A DNA stretch of 64,000 bases from the human T2T-CHM13v2.0 reference genome, Homo sapiens (GCF_009914755.1 NC_060937.1), one strand, 5' to 3'; positions 26,399 through 41,358 are shown, numbered from the stretch's first letter. Notes: a model not told the origin generated them from the letters alone. Program-made: numbers and translations.

Positions 26399-29300
26399 TC
26401 AAAGCAATCCAAATATCCACTTGCAGAATCCACAAAAAGAGTGTTTCAAAACTGCTCTATCAATAGAAAGGTTCAACTCTTTTAGTTGAGTACACACATC
26501 ACAAACAAGTTTCTGAGAATGCTTCTGTCTGGCTTTTATTGGAAGACGTTTCCTTTTCACCAAAGGCATCAAAGCGCTCCAAATGTCCACTTCCAGATTC
26601 TTCCAAAAGAGTGTTTGAAACGTGCTCAAAGTAAGGGAATGTTCAACTCTGTGACTTGAATGCAGATATCACCAAGTAGTTTCTAATAGTGCTTCTGTCT
26701 AGATTTTAGATGATGATATTCCCGTTTCCAACGAAATCGTTAGAGCTATCCAAATATCCACTTACAGTTTCTACAAAAAGAGTGTTTCCAAACTGCTGCA
26801 TCAAAAGAAAGGTTCAACTCTGTTAGTTGAGGACACACATCACAAAGAAGTTTGTGAGAATGCTTCTGTCTAGATTTTGTATGACCATATTCCCTTTTCC
26901 AGCGATATCATTAAAGCAATCTAAATATCCATTTGCAGAATCCACAAAAATAGAGTTTCAAAGCTGCTCTGTAAAAAGAAAGGTTCCACTCTGTTAGCTG
27001 AGTACACACATCACAAACTTGTTTCTCAGAATCCTTCTGTCTCGTTTTTATGGGAAGATATTTACTTTTTCACCGTAGGCATCAAAGCGCTCCAAATGTC
27101 CACATCCAGATACTCCAGAAAGAGTGTTTCAAACCTGCTCTATGAAAGGGAATCTTCAACTCTATGAGTTGAATGCAGACATCAGAAAGAAATTTCTGAG
27201 AATGCTGCTGTCTACCTTTTATTTGAATTCCCGCTTCCAACGAAATCCTCCAAGCTATCCAAATATCCACCTGCATTTTCCACAAAAAGAGCGTTTCAAA
27301 ACTGCTCTATCAATAGAAATGTTCAACTCCTTTGGCTGGGTACACACATCACAAACAAGTTTCTGAGAATGCTTCTGTCTAGTTTTTATGGGAAGACATT
27401 CCCTTTTTCACCAAAGGCATCAAAGCGCTCCAAATGTCCACTTCCAGACACTACAAAAAGAGTGTTTCCAACGTGCTCTAAGAAAGCGAATGTTCAACTC
27501 TGTGACTTGAATGCAGATATCACAAAGTAGTTTCTGAGAGGGCTTCTGTGTAGATTTTAGATGATGATATTCCCGTTTCCAACGAAATCATTAGAGCTAT
27601 CCAAATATCCACTTACAGTTTCTACAAAAAGAGTGTTTCCAAACTGCTGCATCAAAAGAGAGGTTCCACTCTGTTAGCTGAGTACACACATCACAAACTT
27701 GTTTCTCAGAATCCTTCTGTCTCGTTTTTCTGGGAAGATATTTACTTTTTCACCGTAGGCATCAAAGCGCTCCAAATGTCCACATCCAGATACTCCAGAA
27801 AGAGTGTTTCAAACCTGCTCTATGAAAGGGAATCTTCAACTCTATGAGTTGAATGCAGACATCAGAAAGAAATTTCTGAGAATGCTGCTGTCTACCTTTT
27901 ATTTGAATTCCCGCTTCCAACGAAATCCTCCAAGCTATCCAAATATCCACTTGCAGATTCCACAAAAAGAGTGTTTCAAAACTGCTCTCTATCAATGGCA
28001 AAGTTCAACTCTGTTAGTTGAGGACACATATCACCAACAAGTTTCTGAGAATGCTTCTGTCTATTTTTTATGGGAAGATATTTCCTTTTTCACCGTAGGC
28101 GTCAAGGCGATCGAAATGTCCACTTCCACAAACTACAAAAAGAGTGTTTCAAACCTGCTCTATGAAAGGCCATGTTCATCTCTATGAGTCGAATGGAAAT
28201 ATCCGAAAGAAATTTCTGGGAATGCTGCTGTCTAGTTTTTATACGAATTCCCGCTTCCAACGAAATCCTCAAAGCAATCCAAATATCCACTTGCAGAATC
28301 CACAAAAAGAGTGTTTCAAAACTGCTCTATCAATAGAAAGGTTCAACTCTTTTAGTTGAGTACACACATCACAAACAAGTTTCTGAGAATGCTTCTGTCT
28401 GGCTTTTATTGGAAGACGTTTCCTTTTCACCAAAGGCATCAAAGCGCTCCAAATGTCCACTTCCAGATTCTTCCAAAAGAGTGTTTGAAACGTGCTCAAA
28501 GTAAGGGAATGTTCAACTCTGTGACTTGAATGCAGATATCACCAAGTAGTTTCTAATAGTGCTTCTGTCTAGATTTTAGATGATGATATTCCCGTTTCCA
28601 ACGAAATCGTTAGAGCTATCCAAATATCCACTTACAGTTTCTACAAAAAGAGTGTTTCCAAACTGCTGCATCAAAAGAAAGGTTCAACTCTGTTAGTTGA
28701 GGACACACATCACAAAGAAGTTTGTGAGAATGCTTCTGTCTAGATTTTGTATGACCATATTCCCTTTTCCAGCGATATCATTAAAGCAATCTAAATATCC
28801 ATTTGCAGAATCCACAAAAATAGAGTTTCAAAGCTGCTCTGTAAAAAGAAAGGTTCCACTCTGTTAGCTGAGTACACACATCACAAACTTGTTTCTCAGA
28901 ATCCTTCTGTCTCGTTTTTATGGGAAGATATTTACTTTTTCACCGTAGGCATCAAAGCGCTCCAAATGTCCACATCCAGATACTCCAGAAAGAGTGTTTC
29001 AAACCTGCTCTATGAAAGGGAATCTTCAACTCTATGAGTTGAATGCAGACATCAGAAAGAAATTTCTGAGAATGCTGCTGTCTACCTTTTATTTGAATTC
29101 CCGCTTCCAACGAAATCCTCCAAGCTATCCAAATATCCACCTGCATTTTCCACAAAAAGAGCGTTTCAAAACTGCTCTATCAATAGAAATGTTCAACTCC
29201 TTTGGCTGGGTACACACATCACAAACAAGTTTCTGAGAATGCTTCTGTCTAGTTTTTATGGGAAGACATTCCCTTTTTCACCAAAGGCATCAAAGCGCTC

Positions 29301-31310
29301 CAAATGTCCACTTCCAGACACTACAAAAAGAGTGTTTCCAACGTGCTCTAAGAAAGCGAATGTTCAACTCTGTGACTTGAATGCAGATATCACAAAGTAG
29401 TTTCTGAGAGGGCTTCTGTGTAGATTTTAGATGATGATATTCCCGTTTCCAACGAAATCATTAGAGCTATCCAAATATCCACTTACAGTTTCTACAAAAA
29501 GAGTGTTTCCAAACTGCTGCATCAAAAGAGAGGTTCCACTCTGTTAGCTGAGTACACACATCACAAACTTGTTTCTCAGAATCCTTCTGTCTCGTTTTTC
29601 TGGGAAGATATTTACTTTTTCACCGTAGGCATCAAAGCGCTCCAAATGTCCACATCCAGATACTCCAGAAAGAGTGTTTCAAACCTGCTCTATGAAAGGG
29701 AATCTTCAACTCTATGAGTTGAATGCAGACATCAGAAAGAAATTTCTGAGAATGCTGCTGTCTACCTTTTATTTGAATTCCCGCTTCCAACGAAATCCTC
29801 CAAGCTATCCAAATATCCACTTGCAGATTCCACAAAAAGAGTGTTTCAAAACTGCTCTCTATCAATGGCAAAGTTCAACTCTGTTAGTTGAGGACACATA
29901 TCACCAACAAGTTTCTGAGAATGCTTCTGTCTATTTTTTATGGGAAGATATTTCCTTTTTCACCGTAGGCGTCAAGGCGATCGAAATGTCCACTTCCACA
30001 AACTACAAAAAGAGTGTTTCAAACCTGCTCTATGAAAGGCCATGTTCATCTCTATGAGTCGAATGGAAATATCCGAAAGAAATTTCTGGGAATGCTGCTG
30101 TCTAGTTTTTATACGAATTCCCGCTTCCAACGAAATCCTCAAAGCAATCCAAATATCCACTTGCAGAATCCACAAAAAGAGTGTTTCAAAACTGCTCTAT
30201 CAATAGAAAGGTTCAACTCTTTTAGTTGAGTACACACATCACAAACAAGTTTCTGAGAATGCTTCTGTCTGGCTTTTATTGGAAGACGTTTCCTTTTCAC
30301 CAAAGGCATCAAAGCGCTCCAAATGTCCACTTCCAGATTCTTCCAAAAGAGTGTTTGAAACGTGCTCAAAGTAAGGGAATGTTCAACTCTGTGACTTGAA
30401 TGCAGATATCACCAAGTAGTTTCTAATAGTGCTTCTGTCTAGATTTTAGATGATGATATTCCCGTTTCCAACGAAATCGTTAGAGCTATCCAAATATCCA
30501 CTTACAGTTTCTACAAAAAGAGTGTTTCCAAACTGCTGCATCAAAAGAAAGGTTCAACTCTGTTAGTTGAGGACACACATCACAAAGAAGTTTGTGAGAA
30601 TGCTTCTGTCTAGATTTTGTATGACCATATTCCCTTTTCCAGCGATATCATTAAAGCAATCTAAATATCCATTTGCAGAATCCACAAAAATAGAGTTTCA
30701 AAGCTGCTCTGTAAAAAGAAAGGTTCCACTCTGTTAGCTGAGTACACACATCACAAACTTGTTTCTCAGAATCCTTCTGTCTCGTTTTTATGGGAAGATA
30801 TTTACTTTTTCACCGTAGGCATCAAAGCGCTCCAAATGTCCACATCCAGATACTCCAGAAAGAGTGTTTCAAACCTGCTCTATGAAAGGGAATCTTCAAC
30901 TCTATGAGTTGAATGCAGACATCAGAAAGAAATTTCTGAGAATGCTGCTGTCTACCTTTTATTTGAATTCCCGCTTCCAACGAAATCCTCCAAGCTATCC
31001 AAATATCCACCTGCATTTTCCACAAAAAGAGCGTTTCAAAACTGCTCTATCAATAGAAATGTTCAACTCCTTTGGCTGGGTACACACATCACAAACAAGT
31101 TTCTGAGAATGCTTCTGTCTAGTTTTTATGGGAAGACATTCCCTTTTTCACCAAAGGCATCAAAGCGCTCCAAATGTCCACTTCCAGACACTACAAAAAG
31201 AGTGTTTCCAACGTGCTCTAAGAAAGCGAATGTTCAACTCTGTGACTTGAATGCAGATATCACAAAGTAGTTTCTGAGAGGGCTTCTGTCTAGATTTTAG
31301 ATGATGATAT

Positions 31311-31327
31311 TCCCTTTTCCAACGAAA
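31311..31327 (-). other. Mutated CENP-B box 4 (G>T at 31315)
   Basis: TCCCTTTTCCAACGAAA instead of TCCCGTTTCCAACGAAA. Confidence 0.9.
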
Positions 31328-34300
31328 TCATTAGAGCTATCCAAATATCCACTTACAGTTTCTACAAAAAGAGTGTTTCCAAACTGCTGCATCAAAAGAG
31401 AGGTTCCACTCTGTTAGCTGAGTACACACATCACAAACTTGTTTCTCAGAATCCTTCTGTCTCGTTTTTCTGGGAAGATATTTACTTTTTCACCGTAGGC
31501 ATCAAAGCGCTCCAAATGTCCACATCCAGAAACTCCAGAAAGAGTGTTTCAAACCTGCTCTATGAAAGGGAATCTTCAACTCTATGAGTTGAATGCAGAC
31601 ATCAGAAAGAAATTTCTGAGAATGCTGCTGTCTACCTTTTATTTGAATTCCCGCTTCCAACGAAATCCTCCAAGCTATCCAAATATCCACTTGCAGATTC
31701 CACAAAAAGAGTGTTTCAAAACTGCTCTCTATCAATGGCAAAGTTCAACTCTGTTAGTTGAGGACACATATCACCAACAAGTTTCTGAGAATGCTTCTGT
31801 CTATTTTTTATGGGAAGATATTTCCTTTTTCACCGTAGGCGTCAAGGCGATCGAAATGTCCACTTCCACAAACTACAAAAAGAGTGTTTCAAACCTGCTC
31901 TATGAAAGGCCATGTTCATCTCTATGAGTCGAATGGAAATATCCGAAAGAAATTTCTGGGAATGCTGCTGTCTAGTTTTTATACGAATTCCCGCTTCCAA
32001 CGAAATCCTCAAAGCAATCCAAATATCCACTTGCAGAATCCACAAAAAGAGTGTTTCAAAACTGCTCTATCAATAGAAAGGTTCAACTCTTTTAGTTGAG
32101 TACACACATCACAAACAAGTTTCTGAGAATGCTTCTGTCTGGCTTTTATTGGAAGACGTTTCCTTTTCACCAAAGGCATCAAAGCGCTCCAAATGTCCAC
32201 TTCCAGATTCTTCCAAAAGAGTGTTTGAAACGTGCTCAAAGTAAGGGAATGTTCAACTCTGTGACTTGAATGCAGATATCACCAAGTAGTTTCTAATAGT
32301 GCTTCTGTCTAGATTTTAGATGATGATATTCCCGTTTCCAACGAAATCGTTAGAGCTATCCAAATATCCACTTACAGTTGCTACAAAAAGAGTGTTTCCA
32401 AACTGCTGCATCAAAAGAAAGGTTCAACTCTGTTAGTTGAGGACACACGTCACAAAGAAGTTTGTGAGAATGCTTCTGTCTAGATTTTGTATGACCATAT
32501 TCCCTTTTCCAGCGATATCATTAAAGCAATCTAAATATCCATTTGCAGAATCCACAAAAATAGAGTTTCAAAGCTGCTCTGTAAAAAGAAAGGTTCCACT
32601 CTGTTAGCTGAGTACACACATCACAAACTTGTTTCTCAGAATCCTTCTGTCTCGTTTTTCTGGGAAGATATTTACTTTTTCACCGTAGGCATCAAAGCGC
32701 TCCAAATGTCCACATCCAGATACTCCAGAAAGAGTGTTTCAAACCTGCTCTATGAAAGGGAATCTTCAACTCTATGAGTTGAATGCAGACATCAGAAAGA
32801 AATTTCTGAGAATGCTGCTGTCTACCTTTTATTTGAATTCCCGCTTCCAACGAAATCCTCCAAGCTATCCAAATATCCACCTGCATTTTCCACAAAAAGA
32901 GCGTTTCAAAACTGCTCTATCAATAGAAATGTTCAACTCCTTTGGCTGGGTACACACATCACAAACAAGTTTCTGAGAATGCTTCTGTCTAGTTTTTATG
33001 GGAAGACATTCCCTTTTTCACCAAAGGCATCAAAGCGCTCCAAATGTCCACTTCCAGACACTACAAAAAGAGTGTTTCCAACGTGCTCTAAGAAAGCGAA
33101 TGTTCAACTCTGTGACTTGAATGCAGATATCACAAAGTAGTTTCTGAGAGGGCTTCTGTGTAGATTTTAGATGATGATATTCCCGTTTCCAACGAAATCA
33201 TTAGAGCTATCCAAATATCCACTTACAGTTTCTACAAAAAGAGTGTTTCCAAACTGCTGCATCAAAAGAGAGGTTCCACTCTGTTAGCTGAGTACACACA
33301 TCACAAACTTGTTTCTCAGAATCCTTCTGTCTCGTTTTTCTGGGAAGATATTTACTTTTTCACCGTAGGCATCAAAGCGCTCCAAATGTCCACATCCAGA
33401 TACTCCAGAAAGAGTGTTTCAAACCTGCTCTATGAAAGGGAATCTTCAACTCTATGAGTTGAATGCAGACATCAGAAAGAAATTTCTGAGAATGCTGCTG
33501 TCTACCTTTTATTTGAATTCCCGCTTCCAACGAAATCCTCCAAGCTATCCAAATATCCACTTGCAGATTCCACAAAAAGAGTGTTTCAAAACTGCTCTCT
33601 ATCAATGGCAAAGTTCAACTCTGTTAGTTGAGGACACATATCACCAACAAGTTTCTGAGAATGCTTCTGTCTATTTTTTATGGGAAGATATTTCCTTTTT
33701 CACCGTAGGCGTCAAGGCGATCGAAATGTCCACTTCCACAAACTACAAAAAGAGTGTTTCAAACCTGCTCTATGAAAGGCCATGTTCATCTCTATGAGTC
33801 GAATGGAAATATCCGAAAGAAATTTCTGGGAATGCTGCTGTCTAGTTTTTATACGAATTCCCGCTTCCAACGAAATCCTCAAAGCAATCCAAATATCCAC
33901 TTGCAGAATCCACAAAAAGAGTGTTTCAAAACTGCTCTATCAATAGAAAGGTTCAACTCTTTTAGTTGAGTACACACATCACAAACAAGTTTCTGAGAAT
34001 GCTTCTGTCTGGCTTTTATTGGAAGACGTTTCCTTTTCACCAAAGGCATCAAAGCGCTCCAAATGTCCACTTCCAGATTCTTCCAAAAGAGTGTTTGAAA
34101 CGTGCTCAAAGTAAGGGAATGTTCAACTCTGTGACTTGAATGCAGATATCACCAAGTAGTTTCTAATAGTGCTTCTGTCTAGATTTTAGATGATGATATT
34201 CCCGTTTCCAACGAAATCGTTAGAGCTATCCAAATATCCACTTACAGTTTCTACAAAAAGAGTGTTTCCAAACTGCTGCATCAAAAGAAAGGTTCAACTC

Positions 34301-37300
34301 TGTTAGTTGAGGACACACATCACAAAGAAGTTTGTGAGAATGCTTCTGTCTAGATTTTGTATGACCATATTCCCTTTTCCAGCGATATCATTAAAGCAAT
34401 CTAAATATCCATTTGCAGAATCCACAAAAATAGAGTTTCAAAGCTGCTCTGTAAAAAGAAAGGTTCCACTCTGTTAGCTGAGTACACACATCACAAACTT
34501 GTTTCTCAGAATCCTTCTGTCTCGTTTTTATGGGAAGATATTTACTTTTTCACCGTAGGCATCAAAGCGCTCCAAATGTCCACATCCAGATACTCCAGAA
34601 AGAGTGTTTCAAACCTGCTCTATGAAAGGGAATCTTCAACTCTATGAGTTGAATGCAGACATCAGAAAGAAATTTCTGAGAATGCTGCTGTCTACCTTTT
34701 ATTTGAATTCCCGCTTCCAACGAAATCCTCCAAGCTATCCAAATATCCACCTGCATTTTCCACAAAAAGAGCGTTTCAAAACTGCTCTATCAATAGAAAT
34801 GTTCAACTCCTTTGGCTGGGTACACACATCACAAACAAGTTTCTGAGAATGCTTCTGTCTAGTTTTTATGGGAAGACATTCCCTTTTTCACCAAAGGCAT
34901 CAAAGCGCTCCAAATGTCCACTTCCAGACACTACAAAAAGAGTGTTTCCAACGTGCTCTAAGAAAGCGAATGTTCAACTCTGTGACTTGAATGCAGATAT
35001 CACAAAGTAGTTTCTGAGAGGGCTTCTGTGTAGATTTTAGATGATGATATTCCCGTTTCCAACGAAATCATTAGAGCTATCCAAATATCCACTTACAGTT
35101 TCTACAAAAAGAGTGTTTCCAAACTGCTGCATCAAAAGAGAGGTTCCACTCTGTTAGCTGAGTACACACATCACAAACTTGTTTCTCAGAATCCTTCTGT
35201 CTCGTTTTTCTGGGAAGATATTTACTTTTTCACCGTAGGCATCAAAGCGCTCCAAATGTCCACATCCAGATACTCCAGAAAGAGTGTTTCAAACCTGCTC
35301 TATGAAAGGGAATCTTCAACTCTATGAGTTGAATGCAGACATCAGAAAGAAATTTCTGAGAATGCTGCTGTCTACCTTTTATTTGAATTCCCGCTTCCAA
35401 CGAAATCCTCCAAGCTATCCAAATATCCACTTGCAGATTCCACAAAAAGAGTGTTTCAAAACTGCTCTCTATCAATGGCAAAGTTCAACTCTGTTAGTTG
35501 AGGACACATATCACCAACAAGTTTCTGAGAATGCTTCTGTCTATTTTTTATGGGAAGATATTTCCTTTTTCACCGTAGGCGTCAAGGCGATCGAAATGTC
35601 CACTTCCACAAACTACAAAAAGAGTGTTTCAAACCTGCTCTATGAAAGGCCATGTTCATCTCTATGAGTCGAATGGAAATATCCGAAAGAAATTTCTGGG
35701 AATGCTGCTGTCTAGTTTTTATACGAATTCCCGCTTCCAACGAAATCCTCAAAGCAATCCAAATATCCACTTGCAGAATCCACAAAAAGAGTGTTTCAAA
35801 ACTGCTCTATCAATAGAAAGGTTCAACTCTTTTAGTTGAGTACACACATCACAAACAAGTTTCTGAGAATGCTTCTGTCTGGCTTTTATTGGAAGACGTT
35901 TCCTTTTCACCAAAGGCATCAAAGCGCTCCAAATGTCCACTTCCAGATTCTTCCAAAAGAGTGTTTGAAACGTGCTCAAAGTAAGGGAATGTTCAACTCT
36001 GTGACTTGAATGCAGATATCACCAAGTAGTTTCTAATAGTGCTTCTGTCTAGATTTTAGATGATGATATTCCCGTTTCCAACGAAATCGTTAGAGCTATC
36101 CAAATATCCACTTACAGTTTCTACAAAAAGAGTGTTTCCAAACTGCTGCATCAAAAGAAAGGTTCAACTCTGTTAGTTGAGGACACACATCACAAAGAAG
36201 TTTGTGAGAATGCTTCTGTCTAGATTTTGTATGACCATATTCCCTTTTCCAGCGATATCATTAAAGCAATCTAAATATCCATTTGCAGAATCCACAAAAA
36301 TAGAGTTTCAAAGCTGCTCTGTAAAAAGAAAGGTTCCACTCTGTTAGCTGAGTACACACATCACAAACTTGTTTCTCAGAATCCTTCTGTCTCGTTTTTA
36401 TGGGAAGATATTTACTTTTTCACCGTAGGCATCAAAGCGCTCCAAATGTCCACATCCAGATACTCCAGAAAGAGTGTTTCAAACCTGCTCTATGAAAGGG
36501 AATCTTCAACTCTATGAGTTGAATGCAGACATCAGAAAGAAATTTCTGAGAATGCTGCTGTCTACCTTTTATTTGAATTCCCGCTTCCAACGAAATCCTC
36601 CAAGCTATCCAAATATCCACCTGCATTTTCCACAAAAAGAGCGTTTCAAAACTGCTCTATCAATAGAAATGTTCAACTCCTTTGGCTGGGTACACACATC
36701 ACAAACAAGTTTCTGAGAATGCTTCTGTCTAGTTTTTATGGGAAGACATTCCCTTTTTCACCAAAGGCATCAAAGCGCTCCAAATGTCCACTTCCAGACA
36801 CTACAAAAAGAGTGTTTCCAACGTGCTCTAAGAAAGCGAATGTTCAACTCTGTGACTTGAATGCAGATATCACAAAGTAGTTTCTGAGAGGGCTTCTGTG
36901 TAGATTTTAGATGATGATATTCCCGTTTCCAACGAAATCATTAGAGCTATCCAAATATCCACTTACAGTTTCTACAAAAAGAGTGTTTCCAAACTGCTGC
37001 ATCAAAAGAGAGGTTCCACTCTGTTAGCTGAGTACACACATCACAAACTTGTTTCTCAGAATCCTTCTGTCTCGTTTTTCTGGGAAGATATTTACTTTTT
37101 CACCGTAGGCATCAAAGCGCTCCAAATGTCCACATCCAGATACTCCAGAAAGAGTGTTTCAAACCTGCTCTATGAAAGGGAATCTTCAACTCTATGAGTT
37201 GAATGCAGACATCAGAAAGAAATTTCTGAGAATGCTGCTGTCTACCTTTTATTTGAATTCCCGCTTCCAACGAAATCCTCCAAGCTATCCAAATATCCAC

Positions 37301-40300
37301 TTGCAGATTCCACAAAAAGAGTGTTTCAAAACTGCTCTCTATCAATGGCAAAGTTCAACTCTGTTAGTTGAGGACACATATCACCAACAAGTTTCTGAGA
37401 ATGCTTCTGTCTATTTTTTATGGGAAGATATTTCCTTTTTCACCGTAGGCGTCAAGGCGATCGAAATGTCCACTTCCACAAACTACAAAAAGAGTGTTTC
37501 AAACCTGCTCTATGAAAGGCCATGTTCATCTCTATGAGTCGAATGGAAATATCCGAAAGAAATTTCTGGGAATGCTGCTGTCTAGTTTTTATACGAATTC
37601 CCGCTTCCAACGAAATCCTCAAAGCAATCCAAATATCCACTTGCAGAATCCACAAAAAGAGTGTTTCAAAACTGCTCTATCAATAGAAAGGTTCAACTCT
37701 TTTAGTTGAGTACACACATCACAAACAAGTTTCTGAGAATGCTTCTGTCTGGCTTTTATTGGAAGACGTTTCCTTTTCACCAAAGGCATCAAAGCGCTCC
37801 AAATGTCCACTTCCAGATTCTTCCAAAAGAGTGTTTGAAACGTGCTCAAAGTAAGGGAATGTTCAACTCTGTGACTTGAATGCAGATATCACCAAGTAGT
37901 TTCTAATAGTGCTTCTGTCTAGATTTTAGATGATGATATTCCCGTTTCCAACGAAATCGTTAGAGCTATCCAAATATCCACTTACAGTTTCTACAAAAAG
38001 AGTGTTTCCAAACTGCTGCATCAAAAGAAAGGTTCAACTCTGTTAGTTGAGGACACACATCACAAAGAAGTTTGTGAGAATGCTTCTGTCTAGATTTTGT
38101 ATGACCATATTCCCTTTTCCAGCGATATCATTAAAGCAATCTAAATATCCATTTGCAGAATCCACAAAAATAGAGTTTCAAAGCTGCTCTGTAAAAAGAA
38201 AGGTTCCACTCTGTTAGCTGAGTACACACATCACAAACTTGTTTCTCAGAATCCTTCTGTCTCGTTTTTATGGGAAGATATTTACTTTTTCACCGTAGGC
38301 ATCAAAGCGCTCCAAATGTCCACATCCAGATACTCCAGAAAGAGTGTTTCAAACCTGCTCTATGAAAGGGAATCTTCAACTCTATGAGTTGAATGCAGAC
38401 ATCAGAAAGAAATTTCTGAGAATGCTGCTGTCTACCTTTTATTTGAATTCCCGCTTCCAACGAAATCCTCCAAGCTATCCAAATATCCACCTGCATTTTC
38501 CACAAAAAGAGCGTTTCAAAACTGCTCTATCAATAGAAATGTTCAACTCCTTTGGCTGGGTACACACATCACAAACAAGTTTCTGAGAATGCTTCTGTCT
38601 AGTTTTTATGGGAAGACATTCCCTTTTTCACCAAAGGCATCAAAGCGCTCCAAATGTCCACTTCCAGACACTACAAAAAGAGTGTTTCCAACGTGCTCTA
38701 AGAAAGCGAATGTTCAACTCTGTGACTTGAATGCAGATATCACAAAGTAGTTTCTGAGAGGGCTTCTGTCTAGATTTTAGATGATGATATTCCCGTTTCC
38801 AACGAAATCATTAGAGCTATCCAAATATCCACTTACAGTTTCTACAAAAAGAGTGTTTCCAAACTGCTGCATCAAAAGAGAGGTTCCACTCTGTTAGCTG
38901 AGTACACACATCACAAACTTGTTTCTCAGAATCCTTCTGTCTCGTTTTTCTGGGAAGATATTTACTTTTTCACCGTAGGCATCAAAGCGCTCCAAATGTC
39001 CACATCCAGATACTCCAGAAAGAGTGTTTCAAACCTGCTCTATGAAAGGGAATCTTCAACTCTATGAGTTGAATGCAGACATCAGAAAGAAATTTCTGAG
39101 AATGCTGCTGTCTACCTTTTATTTGAATTCCCGCTTCCAACGAAATCCTCCAAGCTATCCAAATATCCACTTGCAGATTCCACAAAAAGAGTGTTTCAAA
39201 ACTGCTCTCTATCAATGGCAAAGTTCAACTCTGTTAGTTGAGGACACATATCACCAACAAGTTTCTGAGAATGCTTCTGTCTATTTTTTATGGGAAGATA
39301 TTTCCTTTTTCACCGTAGGCGTCAAGGCGATCGAAATGTCCACTTCCACAAACTACAAAAAGAGTGTTTCAAACCTGCTCTATGAAAGGCCATGTTCATC
39401 TCTATGAGTCGAATGGAAATATCCGAAAGAAATTTCTGGGAATGCTGCTGTCTAGTTTTTATACGAATTCCCGCTTCCAACGAAATCCTCAAAGCAATCC
39501 AAATATCCACTTGCAGAATCCACAAAAAGAGTGTTTCAAAACTGCTCTATCAATAGAAAGGTTCAACTCTTTTAGTTGAGTACACACATCACAAACAAGT
39601 TTCTGAGAATGCTTCTGTCTGGCTTTTATTGGAAGACGTTTCCTTTTCACCAAAGGCATCAAAGCGCTCCAAATGTCCACTTCCAGATTCTTCCAAAAGA
39701 GTGTTTGAAACGTGCTCAAAGTAAGGGAATGTTCAACTCTGTGACTTGAATGCAGATATCACCAAGTAGTTTCTAATAGTGCTTCTGTCTAGATTTTAGA
39801 TGATGATATTCCCGTTTCCAACGAAATCGTTAGAGCTATCCAAATATCCACTTACAGTTTCTACAAAAAGAGTGTTTCCAAACTGCTGCATCAAAAGAAA
39901 GGTTCAACTCTGTTAGTTGAGGACACACATCACAAAGAAGTTTGTGAGAATGCTTCTGTCTAGATTTTGTATGACCATATTCCCTTTTCCAGCGATATCA
40001 TTAAAGCAATCTAAATATCCATTTGCAGAATCCACAAAAATAGGGTTTCAAAGCTGCTCTGTAAAAAGAAAGGTTCCACTCTGTTAGCTGAGTACACACA
40101 TCACAAACTTGTTTCTGAGAATCCTTCTGTCTCGTTTTTATGGGAAGATATTTACTTTTTCACCGTAGGCATCAAAGCGCTCCAAATGTCCACATCCAGA
40201 TACTCCAGAAAGAGTGTTTCAAACCTGCTCTATGAAAGGGAATCTTCAACTCTATGAGTTGAATGCAGACATCAGAAAGAAATTTCTGAGAATGCTGCTG

Positions 40301-41358
40301 TCTACCTTTTATTTGAATTCCCGCTTCCAACGAAATCCTCCAAGCTATCCAAATATCCACCTGCATTTTCCACAAAAAGAGCGTTTCAAAACTGCTCTAT
40401 CAATAGAAATGTTCAACTCCTTTGGCTGGGTACACACATCACAAACAAGTTTCTGAGAATGCTTCTGTCTAGTTTTTATGGGAAGACATTCCCTTTTTCA
40501 CCAAAGGCATCAAAGCGCTCCAAATGTCCACTTCCAGACACTACAAAAAGAGTGTTTCCAACGTGCTCTAAGAAAGCGAATGTTCAACTCTGTGACTTGA
40601 ATGCAGATATCACAAAGTAGTTTCTGAGAGGGCTTCTGTCTAGATTTTAGATGATGATATTCCCGTTTCCAACGAAATCATTAGAGCTATCCAAATATCC
40701 ACTTACAGTTTCTACAAAAAGAGTGTTTCCAAACTGCTGCATCAAAAGAGAGGTTCCACTCTGTTAGCTGAGTACACACATCACAAACTTGTTTCTGAGA
40801 ATCCTTCTGTCTCGTTTTTCTGGGAAGATATTTACTTTTTCACCGTAGGCATCAAAGCGCTCCAAATGTCCACATCCAGATACTCCAGAAAGAGTGTTTC
40901 AAACCTGCTCTATGAAAGGGAATCTTCAACTCTATGAGTTGAATGCAGACATCAGAAAGAAATTTCTGAGAATGCTGCTGTCTACCTTTTATTTGAATTC
41001 CCGCTTCCAACGAAATCCTCCAAGCTATCCAAATATCCACTTGCAGATTCCACAAAAAGAGTGTTTCAAAACTGCTCTCTATCAATGGCAAAGTTCAACT
41101 CTGTTAGTTGAGGACACATATCACCAACAAGTTTCTGAGAATGCTTCTGTCTATTTTTTATGGGAAGATATTTCCTTTTTCACCGTAGGCGTCAAGGCGA
41201 TCGAAATGTCCACTTCCACAAACTACAAAAAGAGTGTTTCAAACCTGCTCTATGAAAGGCCATGTTCATCTCTATGAGTCGAATGGAAATATCCGAAAGA
41301 AATTTCTGGGAATGCTGCTGTCTAGTTTTTATACGAATTCCCGCTTCCAACGAAATCC

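Noticed and set aside
40041-40046. TAGGGT variant resembling a telomeric repeat (also at 48031)
   Set aside because: It is a single A>G SNV giving ATAGGG, not TTAGGG, and it is not repeated.
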